Shown here: in pieces, positions 28,339 through 39,500 of the stretch
Position numbering within the stretch: the stretch's first letter is position 1
How the letters are laid out: each line of letters starts with the position of its first letter
Origin: a bacterium
Lineage (GTDB): Bacteria > Patescibacteriota > Patescibacteriia > JACQRZ01
Direction: 5' to 3'
NCBI GenBank assembly: GCA_030688365.1
Contig: JAUYIE010000018.1
Span: 33,973 to 97,972 of the forward strand
Length of the DNA stretch: 64,000 bases
Program-made: the position numbers and the translations under genes
Notes under the pieces: model-generated
The model's database searches: none
Told to the model about the DNA's origin: nothing
Seen by the model: the letters and a program-made list of their open reading frames with translations, nothing else

Positions 28339-30408
28339 TTATTGCTTAGTAGCCAATGCTTCTACAATATTGCGTGGTACTTCCGCATAATGTTCAAACT
28401 CCATACTATAGCTTGCACGCCCTTGACTCATGGAACGGATTTGCGTGGCATAACCAAACATTTCTGCCAGTGGTACTAGTGCATCAATTACCTTAATACC
28501 ACCTCGCTCACTCATTTCTTTTATCTGTCCACGTTTTGCGTTTAAATCTCCAATCACATCTCCCATAAACTGTTCAGGTGTTACCACTTCCACGCTCATG
28601 ACTGGTTCAAGAAGTACGATGCCAGCCCTACGACATGCATCCTGCACCGCCATGGAACCCGCGATTTTAAATGCTGCTTCTGAAGAGTCAACATCGTGAT
28701 AGCTTCCATCATAGACCGTCACTTTTACATCAATGACCTGATACCCTGCCAACACACCGCGTGTCAGCGCTTCTTTTGCTCCTTTTTCTATAGGGTTGAT
28801 AAATTCTTTTGGAATCACACCGCCTTTTGTCTCATCAAAAAATTCAAAACCTTTTCCTTTTTCATTTGGTTCAACGCGAAGCCAACAGTGTCCATATTGC
28901 CCTCGACCACCTGATTGTTTGACATACTTCCCTTCAGCTTCCGCCATCTTTGTAATTGTTTCACGATACGCAACTTGTGGTTTACCGGTATTTGCTTCTA
29001 CTTTAAACTCTCGACGCATGCGATCAATAATAATATCAAGATGAAGTTCTCCCATTCCTGAAATGATGGTCTGAAGTGTTTCTTCATCGGTACGCACACG
29101 AAATGTCGGATCCTCTTCTGCCAATTTTGAAAGTGCAAGACCCATTTTTTCTTGATCAGCTTTTGTTTTTGGTTCCACAGCTACAGAAATCACTGGCTCT
29201 GGGAAACTAATCGCCTCAAATACTATCGGATGGTCGGAGTCACAGATCGTATGTCCGGTAAATGTAGTCTTGAATCCTACGGCTGCGGCTATATCTCCTG
29301 CATACACCTCATCTACCTCTTCGCGGTCATTTGCATACATACGCACAATACGTCCGATGCGTTCACGTTCACCAGTAGTGGAGTTCAAAATATATGATCC
29401 GGCTTTCATTGTTCCTGAATAGACACGGAAAAAACATAATTTTCCCACAAATGGATCAGTCGCGATCTTAAATGCAAGTCCAGAAAATGGTTCTTTGTCA
29501 TCTGCTTTTCGTGTGAGCTCTGTATCAGGATCGTCAGGAGAAAATCCTGTTACGGGAGGGATATCAAGTGGTGAAGGTAAATAATCATTGACCGCATCAA
29601 GTAAAAACTGTACTCCTTTATTTTTGAGTGCAGAACCAAGAAATACAGGGATAATATCTTGTGCTATTACTGCCTTTCTTAACACCAACTTTAATTGTTC
29701 CAATGGGATCTCTTCACCTGCCAAATAGCTATTCATAAGAGCTTCATCACCTTCGCTAATGGCTTCAATAATATCTTTGCGGTATTTCTCTACCTTTTCT
29801 TTCATGTCTTCTGGAATATCTGTTTCAGCTATTTTTGTTCCCAAATCATCTTCAAAAATATATGCTTTTTGTGTTAATAAATCCACAATTCCTTTAAAAT
29901 TATCTTCTATACCAATAGGCAACTGTAGTGGATATGCCCTCTTGGTCAACCGTTCGTGGATAGAATCAATGTCCTTATAAAAATCGGCACCAGTACGATC
30001 AAGTTTATTTACAAAACAAATACGTGGCACTTTGTATTTATCTGCCTGACGCCACACTGTTTCTGATTGAGGCTCCACGCCGGCGACACCATCAAATACA
30101 ACAACACCACCATCCAATACACGCAATGAACGTTGTACTTCTACGGTAAAATCAATATGACCCGGGGTGTCAATGATGTTGTAACGATGATCTTTCCAAA
30201 AACAAGTCGTTGCCGCGGCGGTGATAGTAATACCACGCTCTTGCTCTTGTTCCATCCAATCCATTGTGGCCTCACCTTCATGTACTTCACCAATTTTGTG
30301 CTTCTTTCCTGTATAAAACAAAATACGCTCGGTCACCGTCGTCTTACCCGCATCAATGTGAGCGATAATACCAAAGTTTCGTGTCTTTTCTAAAGAATAT
30401 TCGCGCAT
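28339..30408 (-). CDS. fusA: elongation factor G
   Basis: 689 aa. [22 protein letters not shown]. Full-length EF-G. Confidence 0.95.
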   Translation of the reverse strand: MREYSLEKTRNFGIIAHIDAGKTTVTERILFYTGKKHKIGEVHEGEATMDWMEQEQERGITITAAATTCFWKDHRYNIIDTPGHIDFTVEVQRSLRVLDGGVVVFDGVAGVEPQSETVWRQADKYKVPRICFVNKLDRTGADFYKDIDSIHERLTKRAYPLQLPIGIEDNFKGIVDLLTQKAYIFEDDLGTKIAETDIPEDMKEKVEKYRKDIIEAISEGDEALMNSYLAGEEIPLEQLKLVLRKAVIAQDIIPVFLGSALKNKGVQFLLDAVNDYLPSPLDIPPVTGFSPDDPDTELTRKADDKEPFSGLAFKIATDPFVGKLCFFRVYSGTMKAGSYILNSTTGERERIGRIVRMYANDREEVDEVYAGDIAAAVGFKTTFTGHTICDSDHPIVFEAISFPEPVISVAVEPKTKADQEKMGLALSKLAEEDPTFRVRTDEETLQTIISGMGELHLDIIIDRMRREFKVEANTGKPQVAYRETITKMAEAEGKYVKQSGGRGQYGHCWLRVEPNEKGKGFEFFDETKGGVIPKEFINPIEKGAKEALTRGVLAGYQVIDVKVTVYDGSYHDVDSSEAAFKIAGSMAVQDACRRAGIVLLEPVMSVEVVTPEQFMGDVIGDLNAKRGQIKEMSERGGIKVIDALVPLAEMFGYATQIRSMSQGRASYSMEFEHYAEVPRNIVEALATKQ

Positions 30409-30447
30409 AAAAAACGTAAATGATAAAAAAGGAAAAACGCGCCTGAT

Positions 30448-30936
30448 TTAGGCGCGGCGTCGTGATGCAAAACGAGCAAAGTGTGCAAATGCACGATTTG
30501 CTTCTGCCATACGATGAACATCCATCTTCTTTTTCATAGCATTGCCTTCTTTTTCTAGAGCCAACATCAACTCTTCTGCTAGTTTTTCATACATTGGCTT
30601 ACCTTTACGAGCTCGTGCAGCGCCAAGGATCCAACGAAATGCAAGTGCATATTTGCGCTCCCCGCGCACAGGAAACGGTACCTGATAGTTCGCACCGCCA
30701 ACACGACGACCACGTACTTCAATAGCCGGCATGACATTTTTTAATGCCTCATCAAATACTTCCAGTGGTTCTTTTTGTGTCTTTGCTTTTATAATATCAA
30801 ACGCGTCGTATACCACCTTTTGAGCAACTGACTTTTTCCCGTCATACATGACGTAGTTTATAAATCGAGCCAATGTCGCATCGCGATATTTTGGATCAGG
30901 GATATATTCTCGTTTTGGAGCTTGTTTTCCACGCAT
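30448..30936 (-). CDS. rpsG: 30S ribosomal protein S7
   Basis: 162 aa. [17 protein letters not shown]...[17 protein letters not shown]. Confidence 0.9.
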   Translation of the reverse strand: MRGKQAPKREYIPDPKYRDATLARFINYVMYDGKKSVAQKVVYDAFDIIKAKTQKEPLEVFDEALKNVMPAIEVRGRRVGGANYQVPFPVRGERKYALAFRWILGAARARKGKPMYEKLAEELMLALEKEGNAMKKKMDVHRMAEANRAFAHFARFASRRRA

Positions 30937-30941
30937 ACAGG

Positions 30942-31361
30942 TTAGCTGGTTTTCTTAGGACGCTTCGCACCATACAGTGAGCGAGCTTGACGACGGGTCG
31001 CGACACCAGATGTATCAAACACACCACGAACGATATGGTATCGAACACCGGGAAGGTCTTTTACTCTACCTCCACGGATCAATACGACCGAGTGTTCCTG
31101 AAGGTTATGACCAATACCGGGGATATATGCAGTAACTTCCATACTATTTGAAAGGCGTACACGAGCAATCTTACGCAAAGCAGAGTTTGGCTTTTTTGGT
31201 GTCGTCGTAGTCACTTTGGTACACACTCCGCGTTTAAACGGGCTGGAAAGCTGACTTTTTGTACGACGAAGACTATTCAGTGTTACCTGCATAGCGGGAG
31301 ATTTTGATTTTGTTGTCAGTTTTGTACGCGGTTGGCGTAACAACTGATTAATCGTAGGCAT
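30942..31361 (-). CDS. rpsL: 30S ribosomal protein S12
   Basis: [14 protein letters not shown]...KKPNSALRK is the canonical S12 sequence. 139 aa. Confidence 0.9.
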   Translation of the reverse strand: MPTINQLLRQPRTKLTTKSKSPAMQVTLNSLRRTKSQLSSPFKRGVCTKVTTTTPKKPNSALRKIARVRLSNSMEVTAYIPGIGHNLQEHSVVLIRGGRVKDLPGVRYHIVRGVFDTSGVATRRQARSLYGAKRPKKTS

Positions 31362-31430
31362 TGTGGAAAAAAGTAGTAATAAAAAAGCCTTTTTAAAAGG
31401 TTTTTTGATCCTTTATCTATAAGTACTAGT

Positions 31431-31459
31431 ATTCTACGGGCGTTTTTGAAAACTGTCAA
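31431..31459 (-). promoter_or_regulatory. near-consensus sigma70 promoter for the rpsL-led ribosomal-protein super-operon
   Basis: Minus strand reads TTGACA (complement of 31454-31459), a 17-nt spacer, then TAGAAT (complement of 31431-31436). It lies about 70 nt upstream of the rpsL ATG. Confidence 0.55.
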
Positions 31460-31497
31460 TATGATAAGGGAAATAAAGGAAGTTGGCAAGAGGACCC

Positions 31498-32139
31498 TTA
31501 TATCGCCGGTACACCCAGCCAGTGCAAGATCAAAATAAGTACAAAATTTATGGCAATAGAAATAGGACCATAAAACAACAATAACAAAGCAAGGACGAAA
31601 AACGGTGCATACCGTTCAACGATGAATTGCTGTTTGGGAGACAAAAATGACGACCAAATACGTGAACCGTCCAAAGGGGGCACAGGAACGAGGTTAAACA
31701 ACGCTAAAACAAAGTTTATCACTATGCATTGGAACAAAAACAACAAGAGTAAATTTGTGGACGGTAAAAATGGATAGACGATTTTCAGTATGATTGCCGC
31801 GACTAGACCTAATATAATGTTTGATATAGGACCAGCAACTGCCGAAAGGAGTCCCCCCCATTTTGGATTACGCATGGCAAACGGATTGACTGGCACTGGT
31901 TTTGCCCATCCGAATACGAACGGCGAGGAGAGTAATATAAGTACTCCCGGTACAACGATACTCCCATACAAATCAAGATGCCGAATTGGATTGAGGGTCA
32001 ATCTGCCGGCGTTTTTTGCCGTATGATCACCCAAAAAATATGCCGAAAGCCCATGAGAAAACTCATGCACGGTTAAGGACATCAAAATGACTATTGCTGT
32101 CAGAATATATGGTAATAGAGGAGCTATTGCTTGTTCCAT
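31498..32139 (-). CDS. integral-membrane zinc metalloprotease, site-2 protease (M50)-like
   Basis: HEFSHG (HExxH) in TM helix 1. 213 aa with several hydrophobic helices. Small S2P-like architecture. Confidence 0.6.
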   Translation of the reverse strand: MEQAIAPLLPYILTAIVILMSLTVHEFSHGLSAYFLGDHTAKNAGRLTLNPIRHLDLYGSIVVPGVLILLSSPFVFGWAKPVPVNPFAMRNPKWGGLLSAVAGPISNIILGLVAAIILKIVYPFLPSTNLLLLFLFQCIVINFVLALFNLVPVPPLDGSRIWSSFLSPKQQFIVERYAPFFVLALLLLFYGPISIAINFVLILILHWLGVPAI

Positions 32140-32190
32140 AGAAGTATGGTAGAGTGAAACAACTGTTTTTAGCTATTAAATTCAAAAAAT

Positions 32191-32385
32191 ATGCCTCGTG
32201 ATTGTATGGTCTGTTCGCGCACACCCCTCAAAGCATCTAGTAGAAGTCATTCTAATATAAAAACACTGCGAAAGCAATATCTTAACATGCAATCAAAGTG
32301 GATTGCTGGCATGCGTGTTGCACTTTGTACAAAGTGTATCAAAACCGCAAAGACAAAAGAATTACTTCCATCAACAGCAAAGTAA
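32191..32385 (+). CDS. rpmB: 50S ribosomal protein L28 (zinc-ribbon type)
   Basis: MPRDCMVCSRTPLKASSRSHSNIKTLRK... matches the L28 consensus M.R.C.[VI][TC]...RSH. Two CxxC pairs. 64 aa. Confidence 0.7.
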   Translation: MPRDCMVCSRTPLKASSRSHSNIKTLRKQYLNMQSKWIAGMRVALCTKCIKTAKTKELLPSTAK

Positions 32386-32390
32386 CAAAA

Positions 32391-32432
32391 AAGACCCTCT
32401 ACGCCAGCAGGCATACCGAGAGGTCTTTTTTT
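32391..32432 (+). terminator. Rho-independent terminator after rpmB
   Basis: Stem AGACCCTCT (32392-32400) pairs with GAGAGGTCT (32418-26) with one C bulge, enclosing a small GCC/GGC inner stem; it is followed by TTTTTTT (32426-32432). Confidence 0.55.
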
Positions 32433-32522
32433 GATTAAAAATTTAAAAAAATATTTTAATATTGCTTTTTTATAAAAACTATTATACACATACAGAATAG
32501 TAATTTTAGGGAGGAACTACAC

Positions 32523-32795
32523 ATGAATGAAGAATTAAAGATAGGATTTCACCAAATCAAACTATCTGATTATATAAAAGGAATATGGCGTGAAATCCAA
32601 AGACTAGCTATTAATGAATTTCCAGCCATTGCAGAGGATATACTAGCGGATACTTATACTGATACCTATCTACACGATGGTGGATCATTAACTATCTACA
32701 TTGATGTAGATAAAGCAGATGAAGGAATAGATGAAGGGATAAATGAGTATATTCTCATGGTACCTGCCAGACATTGGGGGTGGAAAGACGATTAA
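32523..32795 (+). CDS. hypothetical acidic protein (90 aa)
   Basis: Strong SD GGGAGG 8 nt upstream. No recognisable domain. Confidence 0.45.
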   Translation: MNEELKIGFHQIKLSDYIKGIWREIQRLAINEFPAIAEDILADTYTDTYLHDGGSLTIYIDVDKADEGIDEGINEYILMVPARHWGWKDD

Positions 32796-32911
32796 AAAAG
32801 TAAATAATCTATCAAATTTTTGCACGTTTTTTAAAAAAACGTGTATTTATTTTTCTTGCCGTAAGACCATAAATATGGTAAAAATAAATTTAATATTATT
32901 ATTTCCACACT

Positions 32912-33451
32912 ATGAAATTTCTCCGAGACATTTTAGTGATTGACATAGAAGCGACTGACGCTGATACACATACCGCTGACCCAATACAGCTTGGCGCGAT
33001 ATTGTTGGACAAGGAAACGCTGGAAGAAAAGGGTGTATTTGTTTCTTATATCACAACACCAAAAGCATCAAGTGAAGAAGCATATCAGATCCACCACATT
33101 TCCGCCGATGATCTGAAAGGAGCCCCTTCACAATCCGAAGTCGCCGAGACACTTATCAAAAGATTTAGTACTGACGTCATCTTGAGTTCGTGGGTCCAAT
33201 CTTTGGACAACGCCATGCTCACAAAAATGTTTAAAACATCTGGCTATGAAAAATTACCCTATGACCATCACTATCTCGATCTGTGGCCGATAGCATATGC
33301 ACATCTCGTCAAACAAGGATACGAAGGATCAATGGGCTCAACTAGTATGTTTGATGCGTTTGACCTCTCTCCTCGCGAGAAACATGATGCCCTAGATGAC
33401 TGCCGACGCGCAGCAGAAATATTAAAAATAATCATGGATATACAATCGTAA
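32912..33451 (+). CDS. DEDDh-family 3'-5' exonuclease (DnaQ/oligoribonuclease-like)
   Basis: Exo I motif VIDIEATD, Exo II region with Asp, Exo III motif HDALDDCRRAAEIL (H-x4-D). 179 aa. Confidence 0.7.
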   Translation: MKFLRDILVIDIEATDADTHTADPIQLGAILLDKETLEEKGVFVSYITTPKASSEEAYQIHHISADDLKGAPSQSEVAETLIKRFSTDVILSSWVQSLDNAMLTKMFKTSGYEKLPYDHHYLDLWPIAYAHLVKQGYEGSMGSTSMFDAFDLSPREKHDALDDCRRAAEILKIIMDIQS

Positions 33452-33469
33452 AGGAGTAAATAAAAGCGC

Positions 33470-33506
33470 ACAACAAACCCCGACCAAGTAATCGGGGTTT
33501 TTGTTT
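33470..33506. terminator. bidirectional Rho-independent terminator between the convergent exonuclease gene and giant-protein gene
   Basis: Stem CCCCGA (33478-83) / TCGGGG (33492-97), loop CCAAGTAA. The stem is flanked by an A-run upstream and TTTTTGTTT downstream. Confidence 0.6.
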
Positions 33507-33556
33507 GCGAACTGTATACCGCACGACCTGCATCCGTGAGAGTAAGATGCAACGAG

Positions 33557-36500
33557 TTATCGGATCGCTCCTGAATATGCAATGGCGCGTACGACATCCC
33601 ATTCTGCAGCGCTTACCGGTACTTTTTTGTATATAGCACGGAAGCTCTTTATGGCAGCCGCTTCTGACTTCAGGTTACGCTTATCGCTACGTAGCCCGTA
33701 TGCCATGACAGCAATCGCCGCTTGATCATGAGGATTGGAAAGATCAGCATCTCTCAAGTATACTTTCTTAAATGAACCGATAACCGCCTTTTCACGCTTT
33801 GCATTGAGCGTACCAGGCCAGCGACCGTTTGCGATCTTGATGACATCTTCCCAATCACCGCTTGAAGTTGGAACATATCCAAATGCTGCTTCAAAACTAT
33901 TCACGACACCTGCACGTTCCCCTGCACCCAGTACGACAGTTGTGGGTGTGCCGTATGTTACAAAGTTTAACACTTGAGCTTTTGTAGCTGCTGGTGTCAG
34001 TGAAGACACAACGCGCGCGACAATCGTTGATTCATATTTTTTCTCCATACCAATATCTCTTTTTTGTCCAACATCACTGGCAAGAGTCGCAACGTCGTTC
34101 ATTTTAACTTTTTCCGCTTCTGCTTTTATCTTCGCCACTTGTTGAGCTCGCGCATCTGCGACACTCAAAGTTGGACTCGTGGTAACTGTCGTATCGGTCG
34201 TAACGGTATTCTCAGTTGTAGTCGTGTTATCGGTCGTGGTCGTATCTGTCGTGGTTGAAGTGGTGGCAGTTGAAGATGATGAAGACGAAGGACCTGAGAC
34301 AATTACTCCTCCACTTGAGGATGCGGCGGCGGCTATCGTGACAGATGATGCGCTACTTGCTGCTGATTCTTGATCAGAAGCATTCACAGCGCTTACTTTA
34401 TAGTAGTAGGTAGTGCTTGCACTCAAGCCAGTCGCAGTATAGGAAGTAGTGGTTGGTGATGCCAAGAGCGGAAATGAGGAATTATCCGTTGATTGATAAA
34501 TATTGTATGTGCTCGCTCCATCTACTGCTGTCCATGTCAAACGTGCTGTAGACCCTGTACCTGCATCAGTAACGGTCAGACCAGTCGGAGTGGAAGGTGC
34601 GCCATCTGCCGGCATCAACGGTGCGAAATCCGAAAAGTGAGCAACTGTAGCAGTTAATGTATTGTTATCTGTATCAACGGTCGTCGTCAATGTATCGTAC
34701 GCCTGCGTAGCATCATTCCATGTGCCAATCACCAAGTTGGCTTCAGAGGATCCTGCAGGAATATCAGCTTCGTCATACGGGATCACAATAGTAACACTGT
34801 CATTCAAGCTAGAAAGCTTTTGTCCTGATGAATCCACTGCGGTAATCGTAACTGCATTTTTTGACAGAATACTACCACGTGGCGGTGTTGGCATAGCAGT
34901 GTTGATCTTTGTTGTAACAGTCGCCGCATTAGATCCTGTACCCAGTGCGTTTGCGGGAATATTCAATTTGAAGTTATCACCAATATCACTGTTGGTAAAA
35001 AATCCTCCGGAAGTCGGTGTCACTGTTTCTGGTCGTTCCGGTTTTACCACAAAGTTTGGAATTGCAGTGAGAGACATATCTTGACTTGATACACTACTAC
35101 CTCCCACAATAACTGACATCGGACCACCTTCGTATCCTGGTGCATGCGCTCGAACACTCCATGTTCCCGTATCAACTGCCAATGAATATGCACCCGCAGA
35201 ATCAGTCTGTGCTACAGAATACCCTCCAAGACCATCATTAGCATCCACAAAAGCATTGGAAACACCAGATCCAGAGATGCTAATAGTACCGGTAATCGTT
35301 TTTGAGGCGGTGGTTAATGCAATAGTGCCCACTGCTGTTGCAGCCGTAACTGCAACAGCACTTTCAGCGGGAGACCGATACCCTGGTTTATCTACACGTA
35401 GATTATAAATACCGGCCGGCACGCTGACAGAAAACGTTCCATTTGATGCTGTTTGAGATCCGAGTGCAATGACATTTGTCGTACCTGTCGCTGCTCCTGT
35501 CAACGATACCCATGCACCAGAAAGATTTGATCCATCCCCAGTCACTGTACCCGTAACTGCAAATATCGCTCCTGCTGCTGCAGTATGAGTGATGGTACGT
35601 GTTGTATTTACACCTGTTGTTTCACCAATCTTTCCATAGGCAGGGTGTCCCACGCGAACAGTGTAGGTTCCTGGTGGTACATTCACTGTATAGACAGCAT
35701 TGGCTCCGGACGTTGTACTAACATTAGTGAAGTTACCGCGTCCATTTGAATCACGTACATCAACACCGGCATTAGTAACCGGATTAGTCCCGTCTGTTAC
35801 ATTGATTGTGAGAGTTATCGGCGCGCCAAGTGTACAATCCTGACCTGAAGTTGTTGTATCTGCGGCAACAGCGACACTCGTGAGTGGTGTCCCTTCTCCC
35901 ACGCCAGGGAAGAAACACTTCACCGTATATGTACCGGCAGGTACTTTCACTGTATATGTTCCATCAGTAGCGGTAATTGTCATATTTCCACTTGTTCCAT
36001 CAGCGGTTTCAGCTCGAACCATAACTCCTTGTTGTGCAGTCCCTCCTTTAGTCACTGTTCCTCTAATCGATCCCATAGATAATGTTTCTGCAGAAAAATC
36101 TTGCCCCGTCGCATTACTTGAGCTAATAACAATCGTCTTGGTACCAAGACGACCAAAACCAGGAGCAAACGCTTCTACCACCCATGTTCCCGCGCTCACA
36201 TAGAGAGTATATGCACCATTTGCATCAGTCGGACCACCTACAAAGTTTGAAGAATCTCCTCCTACGGCAGTGGTATCAGCACTGGATGTCACTTTTCTTC
36301 CAGAAACACCCGCATAGGGGATCGCATTACCTGCGTCGTCTTTGATCGTACCACTGATAGTGAGTGATGTTGTTCCAGCGCTCAATCTAAAAGTAAGACT
36401 TGAAGGGGTATTGGATGCGGCACCAACCGTAATCTGCTTATCTGGTACAGGAGGCATACCGGGTTTAAACACACCACATAAATAAACACCTTGGGTTACA

Positions 36501-39500
36501 TTCACGGTAAACGTACCTGTTGTCGTGGTTTGTGTGCCAGTTCCAAAACCATCTGCCATACCGGTCGTAGATGCTGCTACAGGACGACAAAATATATTTG
36601 CAGTGGATACACCCGTACCATTGGAATCTAAAACAAAACCAGTAATTGTTTTATTTGCCGTTGTTAAAGTAAATGCAAGACCTGTAACTGTTTCTTCCGT
36701 AACACTAGCAGATGCTACATTTACTTGAACATTTGCCGGAGGCATAAAAGTAAAGTCTGGTGGTGGTGATGGTGGTGCGCCTGGTGTCATAAATTGTTCT
36801 GGTACTGATGGTCCCACGCCGACATTATATGTTTCATTTGCTGATACAGGTAACGAATATGCATCCGCTCCACCAGAAAGTGTGATGGTCTTTTTTGTAA
36901 AACCATTTGGCGATGAAGCGAAGACATCGATAATTGTACCATTTGTTCCTGTCACCGTTCCTGAAATCGTAATAGCTGCAGCGCTACTCAATGCAAAGTT
37001 TTTTACTGTATTTGCGCTTATAATAATAGGTTGAGGTGCAGAGTTAAACGCCACGTCAATATTTGTATTTGGTTTAATACCCACCATATAATCCCCATCA
37101 GCGAGATTGCTAAAGGTAGCAACACCATCAACCACATCATTTGCAGTCGTCGCTTCTTTACCGCCGGTAGCTGGGCTAAACAAGAAAGCAGTTACGTCAT
37201 TGATTCCTTCCCCGGCATCATTATTTCCATCTGTATTTGCATCCTTAAATACATTTACCGTCAGAGTACGTGATCCTGTCGCACCCAAGAAAAATGGAGA
37301 CGAAGTTTTACTTTCTAAAATAGACCTATAATTATCGGCGGTATCTCTTGTCGAGACCCCAACAGTATAACCAGATGAAGACGGAACAGTTGAATTGACA
37401 ATACCTGTCAAATCAACGCATACAAACGCATTTGCAGAAGTTGCCGCACCTGCTGTATTGATAGTTACTGTTCCTGCATCTGCGTCACCTGCTACTGCCC
37501 CCAACGTAACAGTACCTGTCATTGGTCCGTTTATATCACTGTTACAAAAACTTGCAGTACCTGCCGTCGCTTTACCGACATTGGTGACGTCAAATCCCGC
37601 AGGAAATGTAAGTACGATCTGACCGAGTACGGGAATAGATGTCGTGGCCAGAAATTCAAGCTTATAGTTACTTGTCGCGCCTGCTGAACGTACCATTGGG
37701 GTTACGCGTGTCGGATTCATACCCTGCATACCCGGATCCATCGCCGGCCCGTTTCCAGGACCAAGTTGTCCGCCGGTAGTATCAGAATCTTGCACTGTAC
37801 CGTATGCCACATTATTGGGTGGTGTACCGGTAGTGTCTATACTATTATTTGCCAAATCTTGTACCGCTGGAGTGACCGTGACTTTGAACGTACTGCTATT
37901 TTGTAGAGCGAGACCAGTAATATTTGCCGTCTTTGTTTCACCATCATATGTGACTGTCTTTCCAGAAAGTGAAGCTGATGTACCCACCGGACTCTCTAAC
38001 GCATAGTTTGCGATGTTATCAGCCGCGTTAGGACCACCGCCTGATTTTACTTGTTCAGAGAAAGTAATTGCAACACCGAAGTTATCGGCACCCGAAAACG
38101 TCACTTTTGGAGCAGTACTATCCGTCGTATTATTGGTCGTAAAGGTGGAAGTATAATCATTTGCAGGTGTTGCCGCGCCCAACTGGAGTCCCGCTACACT
38201 TTTAACACCACTGGATCCCGCTAGAGCACGAATACGATACTCTGTGCTCCCGAGAAGTTGTGCTGCAGGCGTAAAGTTTGCTGAACGACTTCCTGGATTA
38301 TAGGTAACCGCACCGGTGATATAACTATCATCTGACGTTTTTTGAAGTTTAATTGTGGAGGTAGTAATCGTAGATGGATCTATGTCTTTTGAAAATCCAA
38401 TACTGATGGACGACGAACGACTTACTCCTGTCGCGCTATTCGTAGGAGAAGTACCTAAGACTGTTGGCGCAGTCGCATCTACTGCACCGGCTGTACGAAA
38501 CGATAGAAAGAAATCAGCAGATGGCGTATCGGTTGTACTGTAAGCGGAAGAAAGTACTTTGGCAACATAGCCAGTATTTACTGCCAGTGCGCTTGCTGGG
38601 GTTATGGTTACTGTTTTTGTTGCAGAATCATACGTATTGGTTGCCGAAACTGCCGCACCAGGTGCACCATAATTATCTAAAAATAATCCAACATTAGCAG
38701 GATTGGTTACCGAATTGGTTCCACTTGAACCGCCTGAAACTGACATATCAACTGAAAACGTAATTTTCACAACACCATTTGGTGGAAACTGTTGATTGCC
38801 GCCTTGTGGAATAGAAGACTGCACAAACGGCGGAGTGGTATTCGTCCCACTAACTGCCCCTGTTGAAAACGTTACAACTGCATTACTTGCCAAGGCATTT
38901 CCAGCCAAGTCTGTAACTGATGTTGTCGCAGTAAGCGTGTAACTACTGGAAATAGTTAACGGTGATGATGAATTATCTAAACGCAACGCAGTGTGGGAAA
39001 CACCTGTCGCAGGAGACGTCACCATATGAAATGCATATGATCCGTTATTTGCAGCATTTGCGGTGGTTGATGCAAAGAGCATGTCACCAAAAGTAAAGGC
39101 AGTCACCTCATCTGTTGCAAGTCCTTGTGCTGCTGGCGTCAACTTACTCATTTGACTACTGTCTTCAACTAAAGAAGAGGCCGCATCAGTTCCATCAAGA
39201 ACAGCGGTACTTTCTCCAAAACCCTCCACAGATGACAAACCTCCTGCCGTTGTCACCAAATGCCATCCATAACTTCCGCCAGCTAGTTGAACAAATACCA
39301 AATCACCTTGTGACACTGCCAGCGTACCCCCACCAGTTACCCCGTTATCGGTCGCTGTTGCATCCATTGCCATACTGCTGACACGAGATCCAGAAACAAG
39401 AGACGGAACTGCCTCATCACCATCAAAACGAAGTGCTTCATCATCAACCGTAGTCCCGGCGGTCACCATATGCCATGCATATCTATCAGAACTATTAGCA

